Shown here one piece after another: positions 1-10,009 of a stretch of 64,000 bases of DNA. The stretch is from a bacterium. Lineage in GTDB: Bacteria > UBA8248. The notes below the pieces were generated by a model, which was given only the letters and a program-made list of their open reading frames with translations, ran no database searches and had not been told where the DNA came from. Within the stretch, counting starts at the first letter, position 1; each line of letters opens with the position of its first letter. Location of the stretch: assembly GCA_965261085.1 (NCBI GenBank), contig OZ253442.1, forward strand, positions 2,048,001 through 2,112,000, given 5' to 3'. The translations under genes and the position numbers were made by a program.

Positions 1-122
1 TCGGCATGGGTATCCTTCTCTCAAGAATGAAAATCGTTTGTGCAAACCGCGCTTCCTGTGGGATTCTCGAATCAGCGTAATATGAGAGCGGAAAAATGAA
101 AAATCACAAAAAGGGGTTTTAA

Positions 123-533
123 GTGGAATTCCGATACGATCACGTACACTTCCTGACGCGCGACGTGCGCGCGATGGCGGATTTTTTCGAAAACATATTC
201 GAACTCGATCTCATCTCCTACGAGGAGGATTTCAAGGGCGCGCCCTACGCCATCTACAAACTCGGGGAGGGGGACCTGCGCATCCGGGGCTACCGCCCGG
301 GCGACGACCCGGACGCCGTAGCGCCTGCGCTGACGCACGGCCTGGATCACCTGGGCGTCGCGGTGGACGACGTGGCGGCGAGCGTCGCCCGTTTGGAAGA
401 GCGCGGGGCGGAGGTTTCGATGCCGCCCGTGGCCGCGGGAGTGGGCGGCCGCATGATCGCCTTCATCAAGGGGCCCGAGAACATTCGCGTCGAAATTTGC
501 GAGCGGCCCAGCACTTCCGGGGAGAGCGATTGA
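123..533 (+). CDS. VOC (glyoxalase/bleomycin resistance) family protein
   Basis: 136 aa; DHVHF, LDHLGVAVDDV and AFIKGPENIRVEI motifs of the VOC fold. Confidence 0.85.
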   Translation: MEFRYDHVHFLTRDVRAMADFFENIFELDLISYEEDFKGAPYAIYKLGEGDLRIRGYRPGDDPDAVAPALTHGLDHLGVAVDDVAASVARLEERGAEVSMPPVAAGVGGRMIAFIKGPENIRVEICERPSTSGESD

Positions 534-574
534 CCAGCCGCCCGGCCTCCCCGAAATCATCCGCCGATGGGGGA

Positions 575-1450
575 ATGACGCTCGAACTGGTGTTGGGCTC
601 GTTGCTCCTCACGATGGTGTGGGGCATGGCGCAGCCCGTCATCAAGGGCGCCTACGCGGGCGTCACCCCCTACGCCATGATATGGATGCGCTGCTGCACG
701 GGGGTCTTGACTCTCACGCTTTACAGGCTGCTGATGCGCATCCCAGATAGCGTGACCCACCACGACCCCTGGAAGGAGAAGGGCCACCGCATCCTGAACG
801 CCCTCATGCACAACGTCTATGTCTGGTTCCTCTATCAGGGGATGTTCGGAACCGCCGCCGCGCGCGCCTCGGTGCTGCTCTACTCGCAACCCGTCTGGGT
901 GATGCTCCTGAGCGCCGCCTTTCTCACCGGTGAGCGCATCACCCTGGTGCGGGCGCTGGGCTTCGCCACGGCGATGGCGGGCACCGTGACGGTGTTCTCG
1001 AACAGCATGGGAGCGGGAAGCTCCCTCCGGGCGGAATTTTACATCCTGATCGCCGCCGCCGGATGGGCGACGCAGACGATCCACTACCGCCGGTATCTCG
1101 GAAATTCAGACGTTACCTCGATCGCCAGATGGGCCATGCTCATCGGAGCGCCGACCTATTTCCTCCTGTCTTTCTCTCAGCCCAATTTCGGCATCACCCA
1201 TATTGGCGGCCCGCAGATTTTCGCGGTGTTCTACATGGGCGTCATAGCGAGCGCGCTTCTTCTGGCCTACTGGGGCCATCTGCTGCTCCGCTACTCACCC
1301 GCCAAGATATCGGTGTTCTTCTTCATGACGCCCATCGTCGGCGTGGTGGGCAGCGGCCTCTACCTGGGCGAGCAGTTGGGATGGCATCTGCTAATCGGCG
1401 CCGCCCTGACGGCGGCGGGCGTGTGGCTCGTGACGGGGGAGAGGAGATAG
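575..1450 (+). CDS. DMT/EamA family transporter
   Basis: About 10 hydrophobic segments in two EamA repeats; ATG at 575 after GGGGA chosen over the longer ORF start. Confidence 0.85.
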   Translation: MTLELVLGSLLLTMVWGMAQPVIKGAYAGVTPYAMIWMRCCTGVLTLTLYRLLMRIPDSVTHHDPWKEKGHRILNALMHNVYVWFLYQGMFGTAAARASVLLYSQPVWVMLLSAAFLTGERITLVRALGFATAMAGTVTVFSNSMGAGSSLRAEFYILIAAAGWATQTIHYRRYLGNSDVTSIARWAMLIGAPTYFLLSFSQPNFGITHIGGPQIFAVFYMGVIASALLLAYWGHLLLRYSPAKISVFFFMTPIVGVVGSGLYLGEQLGWHLLIGAALTAAGVWLVTGERR

Positions 1451-1460
1451 TTTTGGCGCT

Positions 1461-2609
1461 TCAAGAAATCGCGGGCACGCAGACCATTCCTTCCATGAGC
1501 CTTCGCGCCGTGCGGTAGACGATCACTTTTTCGGCTTTTGGTCCTTCGGGTGTTTTCGAGACCACCGCGTTTATCGTCTGCACGCCCGAGGGGTGTCCCA
1601 GGCGGATGTCGCCCTCGCTGCTCCGGGCGGACTCGTGCACCACTGTGCCGGGGATTCGCGCGGCGACGGCGAGGCACATCGCGCCCGTGAGCGCGAAGGC
1701 GCGGTGGGTCTTGCCCATCGAGATGATGCGGGCCGCGACCTCGCAATCATCCGCGGCGATAATCTCGCCTTTCAGGTCCATGTATTCCAGAGGAGGCGCG
1801 ACGAACACCACCTTCGGCACCGCCTGCACGCTCTCGGAAGCCTCTCTTCTGTCGCGCGCGAGCCCCATTCGCACCGCCGCCTCCGCGCGGATTTGCTCTA
1901 GATTCACCATCACCTCGACCCGGCTGTCGATGAGGCCGGGGCCCTCTCCGCCGCTGAGTCCTATGTCGGCAGCGCGCACGAAGACCATCGGGTTGGTGGC
2001 GTCCACCATGCTCACCTCGACGCTTCCCACCCCCTCGATCTCGAAGGTGTCCACCGCGTTGCCCGAGGGCAGGATCGATCCTGTGGCCGCGCCTCCGGGG
2101 TCCATGAATTCGAGGGTGATTTGCGCGCCCGTCCCCGAGACGCCGGGCAGCTCAAACGAGCCGCTCACGCCGGCTGCGCCGTCTTCCACCGGAAAACGCG
2201 CGTGGTAGGTTTTTCCTGTGTTCGTGTTGTAGACGCGCACGACAGCAACCCCGCCCCCATCCACCCGCACCAGACCCTCATCCACGGCGAACGGCCCGAC
2301 CGCGCTCGATATGTTTCCGCACGTGCCGACGTAGTCCACGGTTTCATCGGCAACGCCCACCTGCGCGAAGGTGAAATCCACGTCCGCGTCCGCGCGCGCA
2401 GAAGGCGCTACGACCGCGATTTTGCTTAAAGAGGATATCCCGCCCCCCAGGCCGTCGAGCTGGCGCCCGTTCGGGTCGGGACTGCCGAGGGCTTTCAGAA
2501 ATATGGAGTCCCTTTCGGAGCGTTCTTTCGGTAAATCTTTCTCGTGAAAGACGATGGCGCGGCTCGTGCCCCCGCGCATGAAGACGGCCGGATATTTCAT
2601 CTGCCTCAT
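1461..2609 (-). CDS. prpF: PrpF family isomerase (2-methylaconitate cis-trans isomerase-like)
   Basis: MRGGTSR, QLDGLGGG..SLSK, CGNISSAVGPFA and RTARRLMEG motifs. Confidence 0.9.
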   Translation of the reverse strand: MRQMKYPAVFMRGGTSRAIVFHEKDLPKERSERDSIFLKALGSPDPNGRQLDGLGGGISSLSKIAVVAPSARADADVDFTFAQVGVADETVDYVGTCGNISSAVGPFAVDEGLVRVDGGGVAVVRVYNTNTGKTYHARFPVEDGAAGVSGSFELPGVSGTGAQITLEFMDPGGAATGSILPSGNAVDTFEIEGVGSVEVSMVDATNPMVFVRAADIGLSGGEGPGLIDSRVEVMVNLEQIRAEAAVRMGLARDRREASESVQAVPKVVFVAPPLEYMDLKGEIIAADDCEVAARIISMGKTHRAFALTGAMCLAVAARIPGTVVHESARSSEGDIRLGHPSGVQTINAVVSKTPEGPKAEKVIVYRTARRLMEGMVCVPAIS

Positions 2610-2610
2610 G

Positions 2611-4593
2611 TCAGGAGTCGTCCTGCGTTTCGCCGGGAGGTGTCGCGCCGGAGCCTGCGCCTTCGATGCGGGCCAGGGCGAGCGCCCCGCCCGCATCGAG
2701 CATGCGCCTCTCTCGCTCGGTCAACACGCATGCCGCGCCGAAGCTGTAGCCCGTCGCCTGGTTTTCGACCTGAAAAACTCCCGTGGTGAGGGAATCCTGG
2801 ATATTGGAGATGGATAGGCTCTGTTCCTGGTCCACCTTCTCGTAGTCGTCCTCGTCGACGAACGTGAGGGGCAGAATGCCCCAGTTGATGAGGTTCGCGC
2901 GGTGGATTCTCGCAAAGCTCTTGGCGAAGACGGCGCGGACGCCCAGTATCATCGGGCAGATGGCCGCCTGCTCGCGGGCGGAGCCCTGGCCGTATGTCTT
3001 CGCCCCGACGATGATGCCGCCGCCCGCTTCTCTCGCGCGGGAGGCGAAGGTCTCGTCCACGCGCCTGAAGGTGAAATCGGCCAGCGCGGGCATGTTCGTG
3101 CGGTAGGTGATGGCCTCGACCCCCGCCGGGCTGATGTGGTCGGTCGAGACGTTATCTCCCAGCTTGATGAGAACCTCCCCGGTGTAGGAATCCCCGGGCG
3201 CCTCTCCCACCTGTACGGGCTGGATGTTCGGCCCCCGGATGATTTCCACCTCCGCCGGATCCTCCGCAGGCGCCACGATTCCCGTTCTGTCGCACATGAA
3301 GCGGTAGGGCAGCAGGACGTCGGGCGGTTTCCCCTCGATTCTCGGATCTCTTATCTCGCCGTGTAAGGCGGCCACGGCGGCCAGTTCGGGACTCGCCAGA
3401 TATACGGTGTCCTCGTTCAGCCCCGAGCGGCCCTTGAAGTTGCGGTTGAACGCGCGCAGGGAGTTCATCCCCGGAGCCGGTATGTGGGCGTAGCCGGGGC
3501 ATGAGCCGCACGTGGATTCCGAAATGCAGACGCCCGCGGCCAGCAGGTCGGCCAGATGGCCCGCTCTCGCGAGTTCCTCAAAGGCTTGGCGGCTGCCCGG
3601 AAAGACGATGGCGTCGACGCCGTCGGCCACCTTGCGGCCCCTGAGCACCTGCGCGAAAGAAGCCACGTCGGTGAACGTGCCGTTCGTGCAGCTTCCGATG
3701 ATGACCTGGTGAATCGGCGTGCCGAGAACCTCGGATACGGGAACCACGTTCTCGGGGTTTGAGGGCAGGGCGACCAAGGGTTCGATCTCGCCCAGATCCA
3801 GTTCGATTTCTTCATCATAGACCGCGCCCGGGTCCGCCGCGTGTGGGTACCAGTCGCCGGGGCGGCTCATGCGCTCGTAGAACAATCTGGTCTGCGCGTC
3901 GCTGGGGAAGATGCTCCCCGTGAGGCCGAGTTCCGTGCCCATGCTCGCGATGGTGAAGCGCTCCGGCACCGAGAGGGTGCGGACGCCGGGACCGGTGTAT
4001 TCAAAAAACTTGCCGATTCCCCCGCGCGCGCCCAGACGGCGCAAGAGTTCGAGGACGGCGTCTTTCGCCGTGGCCCAGTTCTTTAGTTTCCCGGTGAGCT
4101 TCACCTCGACGATGAGCGGACGGGGGATGATGGTCGCACCCGTCGCCATGGCGGTGGCCACGTCCATGCCGCCCGCGCCGATGGCCAGCATTCCCACCGC
4201 GCCGCCTTGCGGGGTATGCGAGTCGGTGCCAAGTAGGCTTTTGCCCGGAACCGAGAATTCCTCCAGATGGACGTTGTGGCAGATGCCGTTTCCCGGTTTC
4301 GAGAAATGGATGCCGTGCTTGCGGCAGAATCCGAGCATGAAGCGGTGGGCGTCGGTGTGCAGGCTGTTGACCTGGATGGTCTGGTGGTCGCCGTACATGA
4401 CGGCTATCTTCTGCTTCACTCTTTCAAAGCCCATGGCCTCGAAGTGGAGCAGGGCGGTGGGGCCTGAAGCGTCCTGTAAGAGCACCTGGTCGATTCGTAT
4501 TTCGATTTCTTCGCCCGGCGTTCCCGACGCGCCCGAGACGAGGTGCGCGTCGATGAGCTTTTGCGTGAGGCTGCGCGAGCCCTGCTCAGCCAC
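2611..4593 (-). CDS. Aconitate hydratase (short AcnA-like type)
   Basis: GICH, DSHT, IGSCTN, CGSCPG, FNRNFKGR, STDHISP and GQGSARE motifs; GTG start overlaps the citrate synthase stop. Confidence 0.9.
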   Translation of the reverse strand: MAEQGSRSLTQKLIDAHLVSGASGTPGEEIEIRIDQVLLQDASGPTALLHFEAMGFERVKQKIAVMYGDHQTIQVNSLHTDAHRFMLGFCRKHGIHFSKPGNGICHNVHLEEFSVPGKSLLGTDSHTPQGGAVGMLAIGAGGMDVATAMATGATIIPRPLIVEVKLTGKLKNWATAKDAVLELLRRLGARGGIGKFFEYTGPGVRTLSVPERFTIASMGTELGLTGSIFPSDAQTRLFYERMSRPGDWYPHAADPGAVYDEEIELDLGEIEPLVALPSNPENVVPVSEVLGTPIHQVIIGSCTNGTFTDVASFAQVLRGRKVADGVDAIVFPGSRQAFEELARAGHLADLLAAGVCISESTCGSCPGYAHIPAPGMNSLRAFNRNFKGRSGLNEDTVYLASPELAAVAALHGEIRDPRIEGKPPDVLLPYRFMCDRTGIVAPAEDPAEVEIIRGPNIQPVQVGEAPGDSYTGEVLIKLGDNVSTDHISPAGVEAITYRTNMPALADFTFRRVDETFASRAREAGGGIIVGAKTYGQGSAREQAAICPMILGVRAVFAKSFARIHRANLINWGILPLTFVDEDDYEKVDQEQSLSISNIQDSLTTGVFQVENQATGYSFGAACVLTERERRMLDAGGALALARIEGAGSGATPPGETQDDS

Positions 4594-5722
4594 GGCTTCT
4601 GAGTGTCCTGTAGGGCCGCTTTGCGGGGCCGGTGTAGCGCGCGCGGGGCCGGATGAGGCGGTTGTCGGCCTGTTGCTCCAGAATGTTGGCCGTCCAGCCG
4701 GCCACCCTCGACATGGCGATGATGGGAACGAACAACTCCATGGGAATCCCCAGACCCTGCCAGAGGGGTGCGGAGTAGAAATCCACGTTCGGGATGACGC
4801 CCTTTCTGCTCTGCACCGCATGGTCGAGCGCCTTCGCCATATCGAACCACTTGGCGTCCCGACCGGGTTGGCGGCACACCTCCTCGGCCAGTTCGATGAG
4901 CACGCTGGCGCGCGGGTCTCCGCTCTTCGTATATACCCGGTGGCCGAAACCCATGAACAGCCTCTTCCTGGCGAGGGCCGCCTCGACGAAGGGCTCCACG
5001 TTCTCTATATCGCCGATCTCCCTCAAGGTCTCCATCACCGCGAGGCCTGCGCCCCCGTGCAGCGGACCCTTCAGCGCGCCGATGCCCGCCGTGACGGCGG
5101 AGTAGATGTCCGACATGGTGGAGGTGACGACGCGCGTCGCGAAAGTGGAGGCGTTAATTTCGTGTTCGGCATAGAGAACGAGGGTGGCGTCGAGCGCGCG
5201 GGTGTCGATCTTATCGGGCGCCTCACCCGTGATCATGTAGAGGAAATTCGCCGCGTGTCCGAGTCCCCTGCGGGGATTCAGAGGTCTTAAGCCCGCCGCG
5301 AGGCGGTGCTGGGCCGCGACGATGGTGGGAATCTTCGCGGTGAGCCTGAGCGCTTTTCTGCGGTTCGCCTCCGTCGAGGTATCCTCCGCTTCTGGGTCGA
5401 AAAGCCCGAGAATACCCACGCCGCCTCTCAGCGCAGCCGTCCTCTGCTCACCGGGGGGTATCTGCTTCAAGGCGCGGAGCATATCGGGCGAGAGGCTGCG
5501 TTCGGCCTTGAGCGCCTCGTCGAACCCCTTCAGGCGTTCGCGGGTGGGCAGTTCGCCGTGCCACAGGAGATATATGATTTCCTCGAACGTGACCTTCTTG
5601 CGCACCATTTCCGGCACGTCGTACCCGCAATACGCCAAAACGCCGTTTACGCCGTCGAGATCGCATATCCGCGTATCGGTCGCGATGACTCCCTCCAGGC
5701 CTCGGATGGGTGTATCTTCCAT
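4586..5722 (-). CDS. Citrate / 2-methylcitrate synthase
   Basis: GLEGV, EHEINASTF, GPLHGGA, MGFGHRVY, PNVDFY and LIRPR motifs. Confidence 0.92.
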   Translation of the reverse strand: MEDTPIRGLEGVIATDTRICDLDGVNGVLAYCGYDVPEMVRKKVTFEEIIYLLWHGELPTRERLKGFDEALKAERSLSPDMLRALKQIPPGEQRTAALRGGVGILGLFDPEAEDTSTEANRRKALRLTAKIPTIVAAQHRLAAGLRPLNPRRGLGHAANFLYMITGEAPDKIDTRALDATLVLYAEHEINASTFATRVVTSTMSDIYSAVTAGIGALKGPLHGGAGLAVMETLREIGDIENVEPFVEAALARKRLFMGFGHRVYTKSGDPRASVLIELAEEVCRQPGRDAKWFDMAKALDHAVQSRKGVIPNVDFYSAPLWQGLGIPMELFVPIIAMSRVAGWTANILEQQADNRLIRPRARYTGPAKRPYRTLRSRG

Positions 5723-5746
5723 GAAGACTCTCCTCTGTGGCGCGCC

Positions 5747-6703
5747 TCAGTCGTATAGTTCGGGATTCGCGAGCGAGGTGACTTTTTCGCCCTCCACCGC
5801 TCGCTTGATATTATCGCACAAAAGCCGGTAGCTCTCACGCTGCACGCTTTCGGTCTGGGCGGCGTTGTGCGGCGACATCACCACGTTGGGAAAATTGTAG
5901 AGGGGATGGTCTCCGGGAAGAGGGTCCGGTTCGATCACGTCGAGGCCCGCGCCTGCGATTTTTCCCTCTCGTATGGCGTCGGTGAGCGCGTCGGAATCCA
6001 CGTGGGGGCCGCGCGAGACGTTGATGAGAAACGCCGTATCCTTCATGAGCGCGAGTTCCCGTCCGCCGATCAGGCCCGTGCTCTCTGGCGTGAGGGGGAG
6101 GGTGAGCGCCACGAAATCGGCGCGCGGCAGGAGATCACCCAGCGTCTCCACTTCTTCCACCTCGAAGCCCACCGGCTTGAATTTCCCCCGCGTTCGCGTG
6201 TAGGCGCATATTTCCATCTCGAAGGCGGCGGCGCGCCTGGCGAGCGCCTGGCCGATATTCCCGAGACCCACGATACCCAGCGTCGCTCCTTGAAGCTGAA
6301 AGTGGAGCCTGCGCTCCCCCGTGGGCCAGAGCCAGGGCCTTCGCGCCATGATGAGGGTGAGCGTCATGGCGTGTTCCGCCACGGGGACGCAGCGCATCGA
6401 GCCGGGCGCGTTGGCGACGGGGATGCCGAGTTCGGTGGCGGCCTGAACGTCGATGTTGTCCACACCCGTGCCCACCTTGCCGACCACCTTGATATCCGGC
6501 CCCGCCTCCATGAGTTCCCTCGTGATGGGGGCGAACCCGGTGGTCAGCGCGCACGCGCTCGCGGCCTCCTCGCGCAGGGTGGCGTTGTCGAAGGATTCCG
6601 GCTCTACGAACTCATACCCCTCATGCAGGTATTCCTCCATGAAGGCCCGGCGCGCGGGTTGCGTAAGGGAGCGCTCATCCACGCTCAAGACGCGGTGCGT
6701 CAT
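5747..6703 (-). CDS. D-isomer-specific 2-hydroxyacid dehydrogenase
   Basis: GTGVDNID, GIVGLGNIG, INVSRG, GAGLDV..PDP and SPHNA motifs; RBS GGAGGAG upstream of the start. Confidence 0.9.
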   Translation of the reverse strand: MTHRVLSVDERSLTQPARRAFMEEYLHEGYEFVEPESFDNATLREEAASACALTTGFAPITRELMEAGPDIKVVGKVGTGVDNIDVQAATELGIPVANAPGSMRCVPVAEHAMTLTLIMARRPWLWPTGERRLHFQLQGATLGIVGLGNIGQALARRAAAFEMEICAYTRTRGKFKPVGFEVEEVETLGDLLPRADFVALTLPLTPESTGLIGGRELALMKDTAFLINVSRGPHVDSDALTDAIREGKIAGAGLDVIEPDPLPGDHPLYNFPNVVMSPHNAAQTESVQRESYRLLCDNIKRAVEGEKVTSLANPELYD

Positions 6704-6734
6704 TTTGATGTTTCTCCTCCGCTTTACTGGCGCA

Positions 6735-7367
6735 TCACCCAGAAAGACTGCCGAATTTCTCTTTCGCGCCCGCCATGCTCGAGACGCCGGGCCGCCATGC
6801 GGGGGGCGGGTCCGCATCGTCTCGCGGGTATCCGTCGCGCTCGAGCCTGTCGCGGTACCAGGCCTCGTCCACCCGGTTGGAGTGCGCGTCGATCCTGGCC
6901 ATGTCGCAGAAAATCTCGATGCCGTTTCCGCACGGGTCGTGAAAATAAAAGGCGCGGTTCTCGCCCAGGGTGCCGTCGCCCTCGGGGTGCGTGGGGCTGT
7001 GGACGAGCGGCCCCGCCACGAGCTTGATTCCCTTCGAGCGGACGTGCGCAGCCCAGGCTTCGAGTTCTTCTTTCGAGCCCACCTCGAAGGCGACGTGGTG
7101 CAGGCCGACCTCGGGCGCTCTCATGTCGCCTTCTCTGGGCGCGAGGCCCGCTTCTTTGGGGTATGCGATGAGGGATACCTCGTGGTGCCCCTCGCCGCAG
7201 CGCATGAAGCAAATTCCCCACGGGCTGTGAGGGTTGTCGCCCGGTTCGTAGCGATCCGAAACCTGGAGTCCCATGACGTCGCGGTAGAAAGCCACCGCTT
7301 CGTCCAGGTCATGGACCTTGAGGCCCACGTGCTGGATGCGTCTCAGCGCAGGAGGAGTTTTGCTCAT
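6735..7367 (-). CDS. VOC family metalloprotein (extradiol dioxygenase-like domain)
   Basis: QHVGL, GHHEVS, LHHVAF and FYFHDPCGNGIEI metal-ligand pattern. Confidence 0.85.
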   Translation of the reverse strand: MSKTPPALRRIQHVGLKVHDLDEAVAFYRDVMGLQVSDRYEPGDNPHSPWGICFMRCGEGHHEVSLIAYPKEAGLAPREGDMRAPEVGLHHVAFEVGSKEELEAWAAHVRSKGIKLVAGPLVHSPTHPEGDGTLGENRAFYFHDPCGNGIEIFCDMARIDAHSNRVDEAWYRDRLERDGYPRDDADPPPAWRPGVSSMAGAKEKFGSLSG

Positions 7368-7395
7368 GATGCCTCCTTCTCGGAATGAACGGGAA

Positions 7396-9864
7396 TCAGG
7401 CGGGCTGCAACTCCTCGCCGCCGCGCGTTCTTTGCATGATGAACACCGCCACGAGGGCGATGACGCCGACGGCGTATGCGGGGTAGCGCAAGTCTCCTTC
7501 CAGCGGGGTGACGAAGATCACGAAATTCCCCACGGGCAGGAGGAGGCATACCGAACTGATGAACATCAACGCCCGCTCCACGCCGTTCGCATACCGCGTC
7601 ATGAAGTTCTCCATCCATCCGGCCCACCCGATGATGCCGATGAGGCACGCCACGAAGGTGATGGCCACCTCGGTCGCCGTGCCGCTCAAGAGAAGCGGGG
7701 TGTAGACGAACAGGAAAGGCATGATGAAGAGCCACGAGGCGAGTTTCAGGGCCTGGAAGCCCGTTTTCACCGGGTCCGAGACGGCGATGGCGCTCGCCGC
7801 GTATGCGGCCAGGGCGACCGGCGGGGTCACGGCGCTTACGACGGCCACCCAGAAGCAGATGAGGTGCGCGTGGAGGGTCGGCACGCCCAGGTTGGTGAGC
7901 GCGATGACGCCGAAGATGACCAGCACCACGTAGCTCGCCGTGATGGGCAGGCCCATGCCGACGATGTAGCCCGCGATGATAACCCATATGATGGTGAGCG
8001 GCAGGAGGCCGAAGCTGAACTCGGTCAACAATATGGAGATGCGGCCTGAGAGATCGCTTTGCGTCGCGCAGGAGAGCAGTATGCCGAGCACGCACGCGAT
8101 GCAGCCGATGACGAGTGTGTTCCTCGCGCCCGCTTCGAGAGAAATCCAGGTGATCTTGACGATTTGGACGGCGAGTTCACCGAGCCGCGTGAAGAGAATG
8201 GGGCCCGTCTCATACTCCGGGTCCACGGATTCGCCCTGCGTCGCGGCCTTGAGGATTTCGGCGAGCTTCAGAACGATGAACGCCGCGACGGTCCAGAACA
8301 GGGCGTCTCCCCAGTTCATGCCGCGCAGCGTGTCCGCGAACCAGGCGAACGGAGCGCCGACTGTAAGGCCGAAGAAATAGGAGAAGACGCCGAAGACGAT
8401 TGAAATCAGCAGGAACGGGCGGCCCGTTTTTTCCGCCGTCGGTGTCTTGATGTTCGAGAGCAGTTCGCAGATTTTCAGCATGAGGATGAGGCAGATGGTC
8501 TTGAATGCCGCCAGGAACGCGGAATCGCCGATGACGAGGTAGTACACCATCACGGGGATGGGCAGCAGGAAATGGAGGCGCGGGATGATCCTGCTCCAGG
8601 GGGGCAACTCCGAGGGGTCGACGCCGTGGAGCCCACGCCGCACGGCGCGGATGTAGACCATGTAGCCCACCGAGAGATAATAGAGAATGGCCGGGAGCGT
8701 CGCTATTTTGACGATGTCGAAATACGAAGTTTCGGTGAGTTGCGCGATGAGAAAGGCCCCGCCCGCCATGATGGGCGGCATGTAGGCCCCTCCCGTGGAG
8801 GCGGCCGCCTCGACCGCGCCCGCGAATTCGGAGCGATAGCCCACCCGCTTCATGAGCGGGATCGTGAAGGTTCCCGTCGTCACGACGTTGGCCACGCCGC
8901 TGCCCGAGATCATGCCGAACAACCCGCTCGACATGACGGCCGTGAGGCCGGGGCCGCCCGTCCTCTGGCCCGTCACCCGGTAGGTGGCGTCGATGAGGAA
9001 TTCCCCTAAACCCGTTTTTTCCAGAAACGCGCCCAGCACGACGAAGATGACGATGTAGGTGGCGAAAACCTCGACGATGAGGCCGGTAAGGCCGTCGGCT
9101 TCTAGCATGAGGAACTCGGCCACGCGGTCGAGCCCGAAGCCGTCGTGAAACAGAAGGCCCGGAGACATCTGCGCGATGGGCTTGAAGCTGTAGATCAGGA
9201 ACAAGAAGCCGATGAGCGGGATGACGGGGCCGATGACCCTCCTCGCGATGTCGAAGCTCACCGCCGTGAGCAGCAGCGTGTATATCACCACCGAGGTGGG
9301 CACGGGGCCGCCGATGCGCGTGGTGAGCTCGATGTTGTAGATGTTCCACCAGATGATGGGGGCGACGGCCGCTATGATGAACAGCCAGTCCGAAAGCGAG
9401 GGAAGCTCCGATATGCGCTCCCTGGTTGCTTCGCGCCAGTAGAGGAACGCGCCGAGGAGCCCGCCGAGCAAGATGACCAGATATATTCCGCCGCCCAGGA
9501 ATTCGCTCCACAGCCCGTCGCGGTAGAAAGCGCCCCAGTAGGCCCACAGGGCTAGGGATGCGCACAGGGTGACGAGCGCGAGGAAGGAGAAGATTTCATC
9601 GAGATAGGCGAACCCGTCGCGAACGGGCCTTTGCCTGCCTTTATAGACGAGGATGCACAAGGTGGCTGTCGCCAGAATGTAGACGCCCTTGAAGATTTCC
9701 GAACGCGGGGGACCGAAGTAGGCGATATGAACGAAGAAGTAGGAAAACCCCACGGAAATAATCGAAACGATGACGCGCGAAATACCCCGCAGGTCGCGCG
9801 GCATGACCATCTCGTCCGATATGAGGCCGAGCTTTATCAATATGGGCAAGAGGTTTCGAAACAT
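7396..9864 (-). CDS. TRAP transporter 4TM/12TM fused permease (TAXI type)
   Basis: ISGSGVANV, TGTFTIPLMK, EAAASTGG..MPPIM, GMGLP and TPPVALAA motifs. Confidence 0.92.
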   Translation of the reverse strand: MFRNLLPILIKLGLISDEMVMPRDLRGISRVIVSIISVGFSYFFVHIAYFGPPRSEIFKGVYILATATLCILVYKGRQRPVRDGFAYLDEIFSFLALVTLCASLALWAYWGAFYRDGLWSEFLGGGIYLVILLGGLLGAFLYWREATRERISELPSLSDWLFIIAAVAPIIWWNIYNIELTTRIGGPVPTSVVIYTLLLTAVSFDIARRVIGPVIPLIGFLFLIYSFKPIAQMSPGLLFHDGFGLDRVAEFLMLEADGLTGLIVEVFATYIVIFVVLGAFLEKTGLGEFLIDATYRVTGQRTGGPGLTAVMSSGLFGMISGSGVANVVTTGTFTIPLMKRVGYRSEFAGAVEAAASTGGAYMPPIMAGGAFLIAQLTETSYFDIVKIATLPAILYYLSVGYMVYIRAVRRGLHGVDPSELPPWSRIIPRLHFLLPIPVMVYYLVIGDSAFLAAFKTICLILMLKICELLSNIKTPTAEKTGRPFLLISIVFGVFSYFFGLTVGAPFAWFADTLRGMNWGDALFWTVAAFIVLKLAEILKAATQGESVDPEYETGPILFTRLGELAVQIVKITWISLEAGARNTLVIGCIACVLGILLSCATQSDLSGRISILLTEFSFGLLPLTIIWVIIAGYIVGMGLPITASYVVLVIFGVIALTNLGVPTLHAHLICFWVAVVSAVTPPVALAAYAASAIAVSDPVKTGFQALKLASWLFIMPFLFVYTPLLLSGTATEVAITFVACLIGIIGWAGWMENFMTRYANGVERALMFISSVCLLLPVGNFVIFVTPLEGDLRYPAYAVGVIALVAVFIMQRTRGGEELQPA

Positions 9865-9929
9865 GGCGACCTTACCTCGGCCCGGGCGATCGGGCCGTCA
9901 ATGGCGAGAAAACCGCGAGGCGAAAGAAT

Positions 9930-9972
9930 CCCGGGGAGAAGGAGATTTTCTCGGTTTCTCCTCCTCCCCGGG
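9930..9972 (-). terminator. Intercistronic stem-loop between the TAXI binding protein and permease genes
   Basis: CCCGGGGAGAAGGAGA...TCTCCTCCTCCCCGGG inverted repeat with 1 mismatch. Confidence 0.5.
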
Positions 9973-10009
9973 CGCTATTTCTCGCCGTGTTTTCCTGGCG
10001 TTGCGAGAA

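Noticed and set aside
4594-4821. N-terminal extension of aconitase in the ORF track
   Set aside because: Lies inside citrate synthase; aconitase-like sequence starts at GTG 4593
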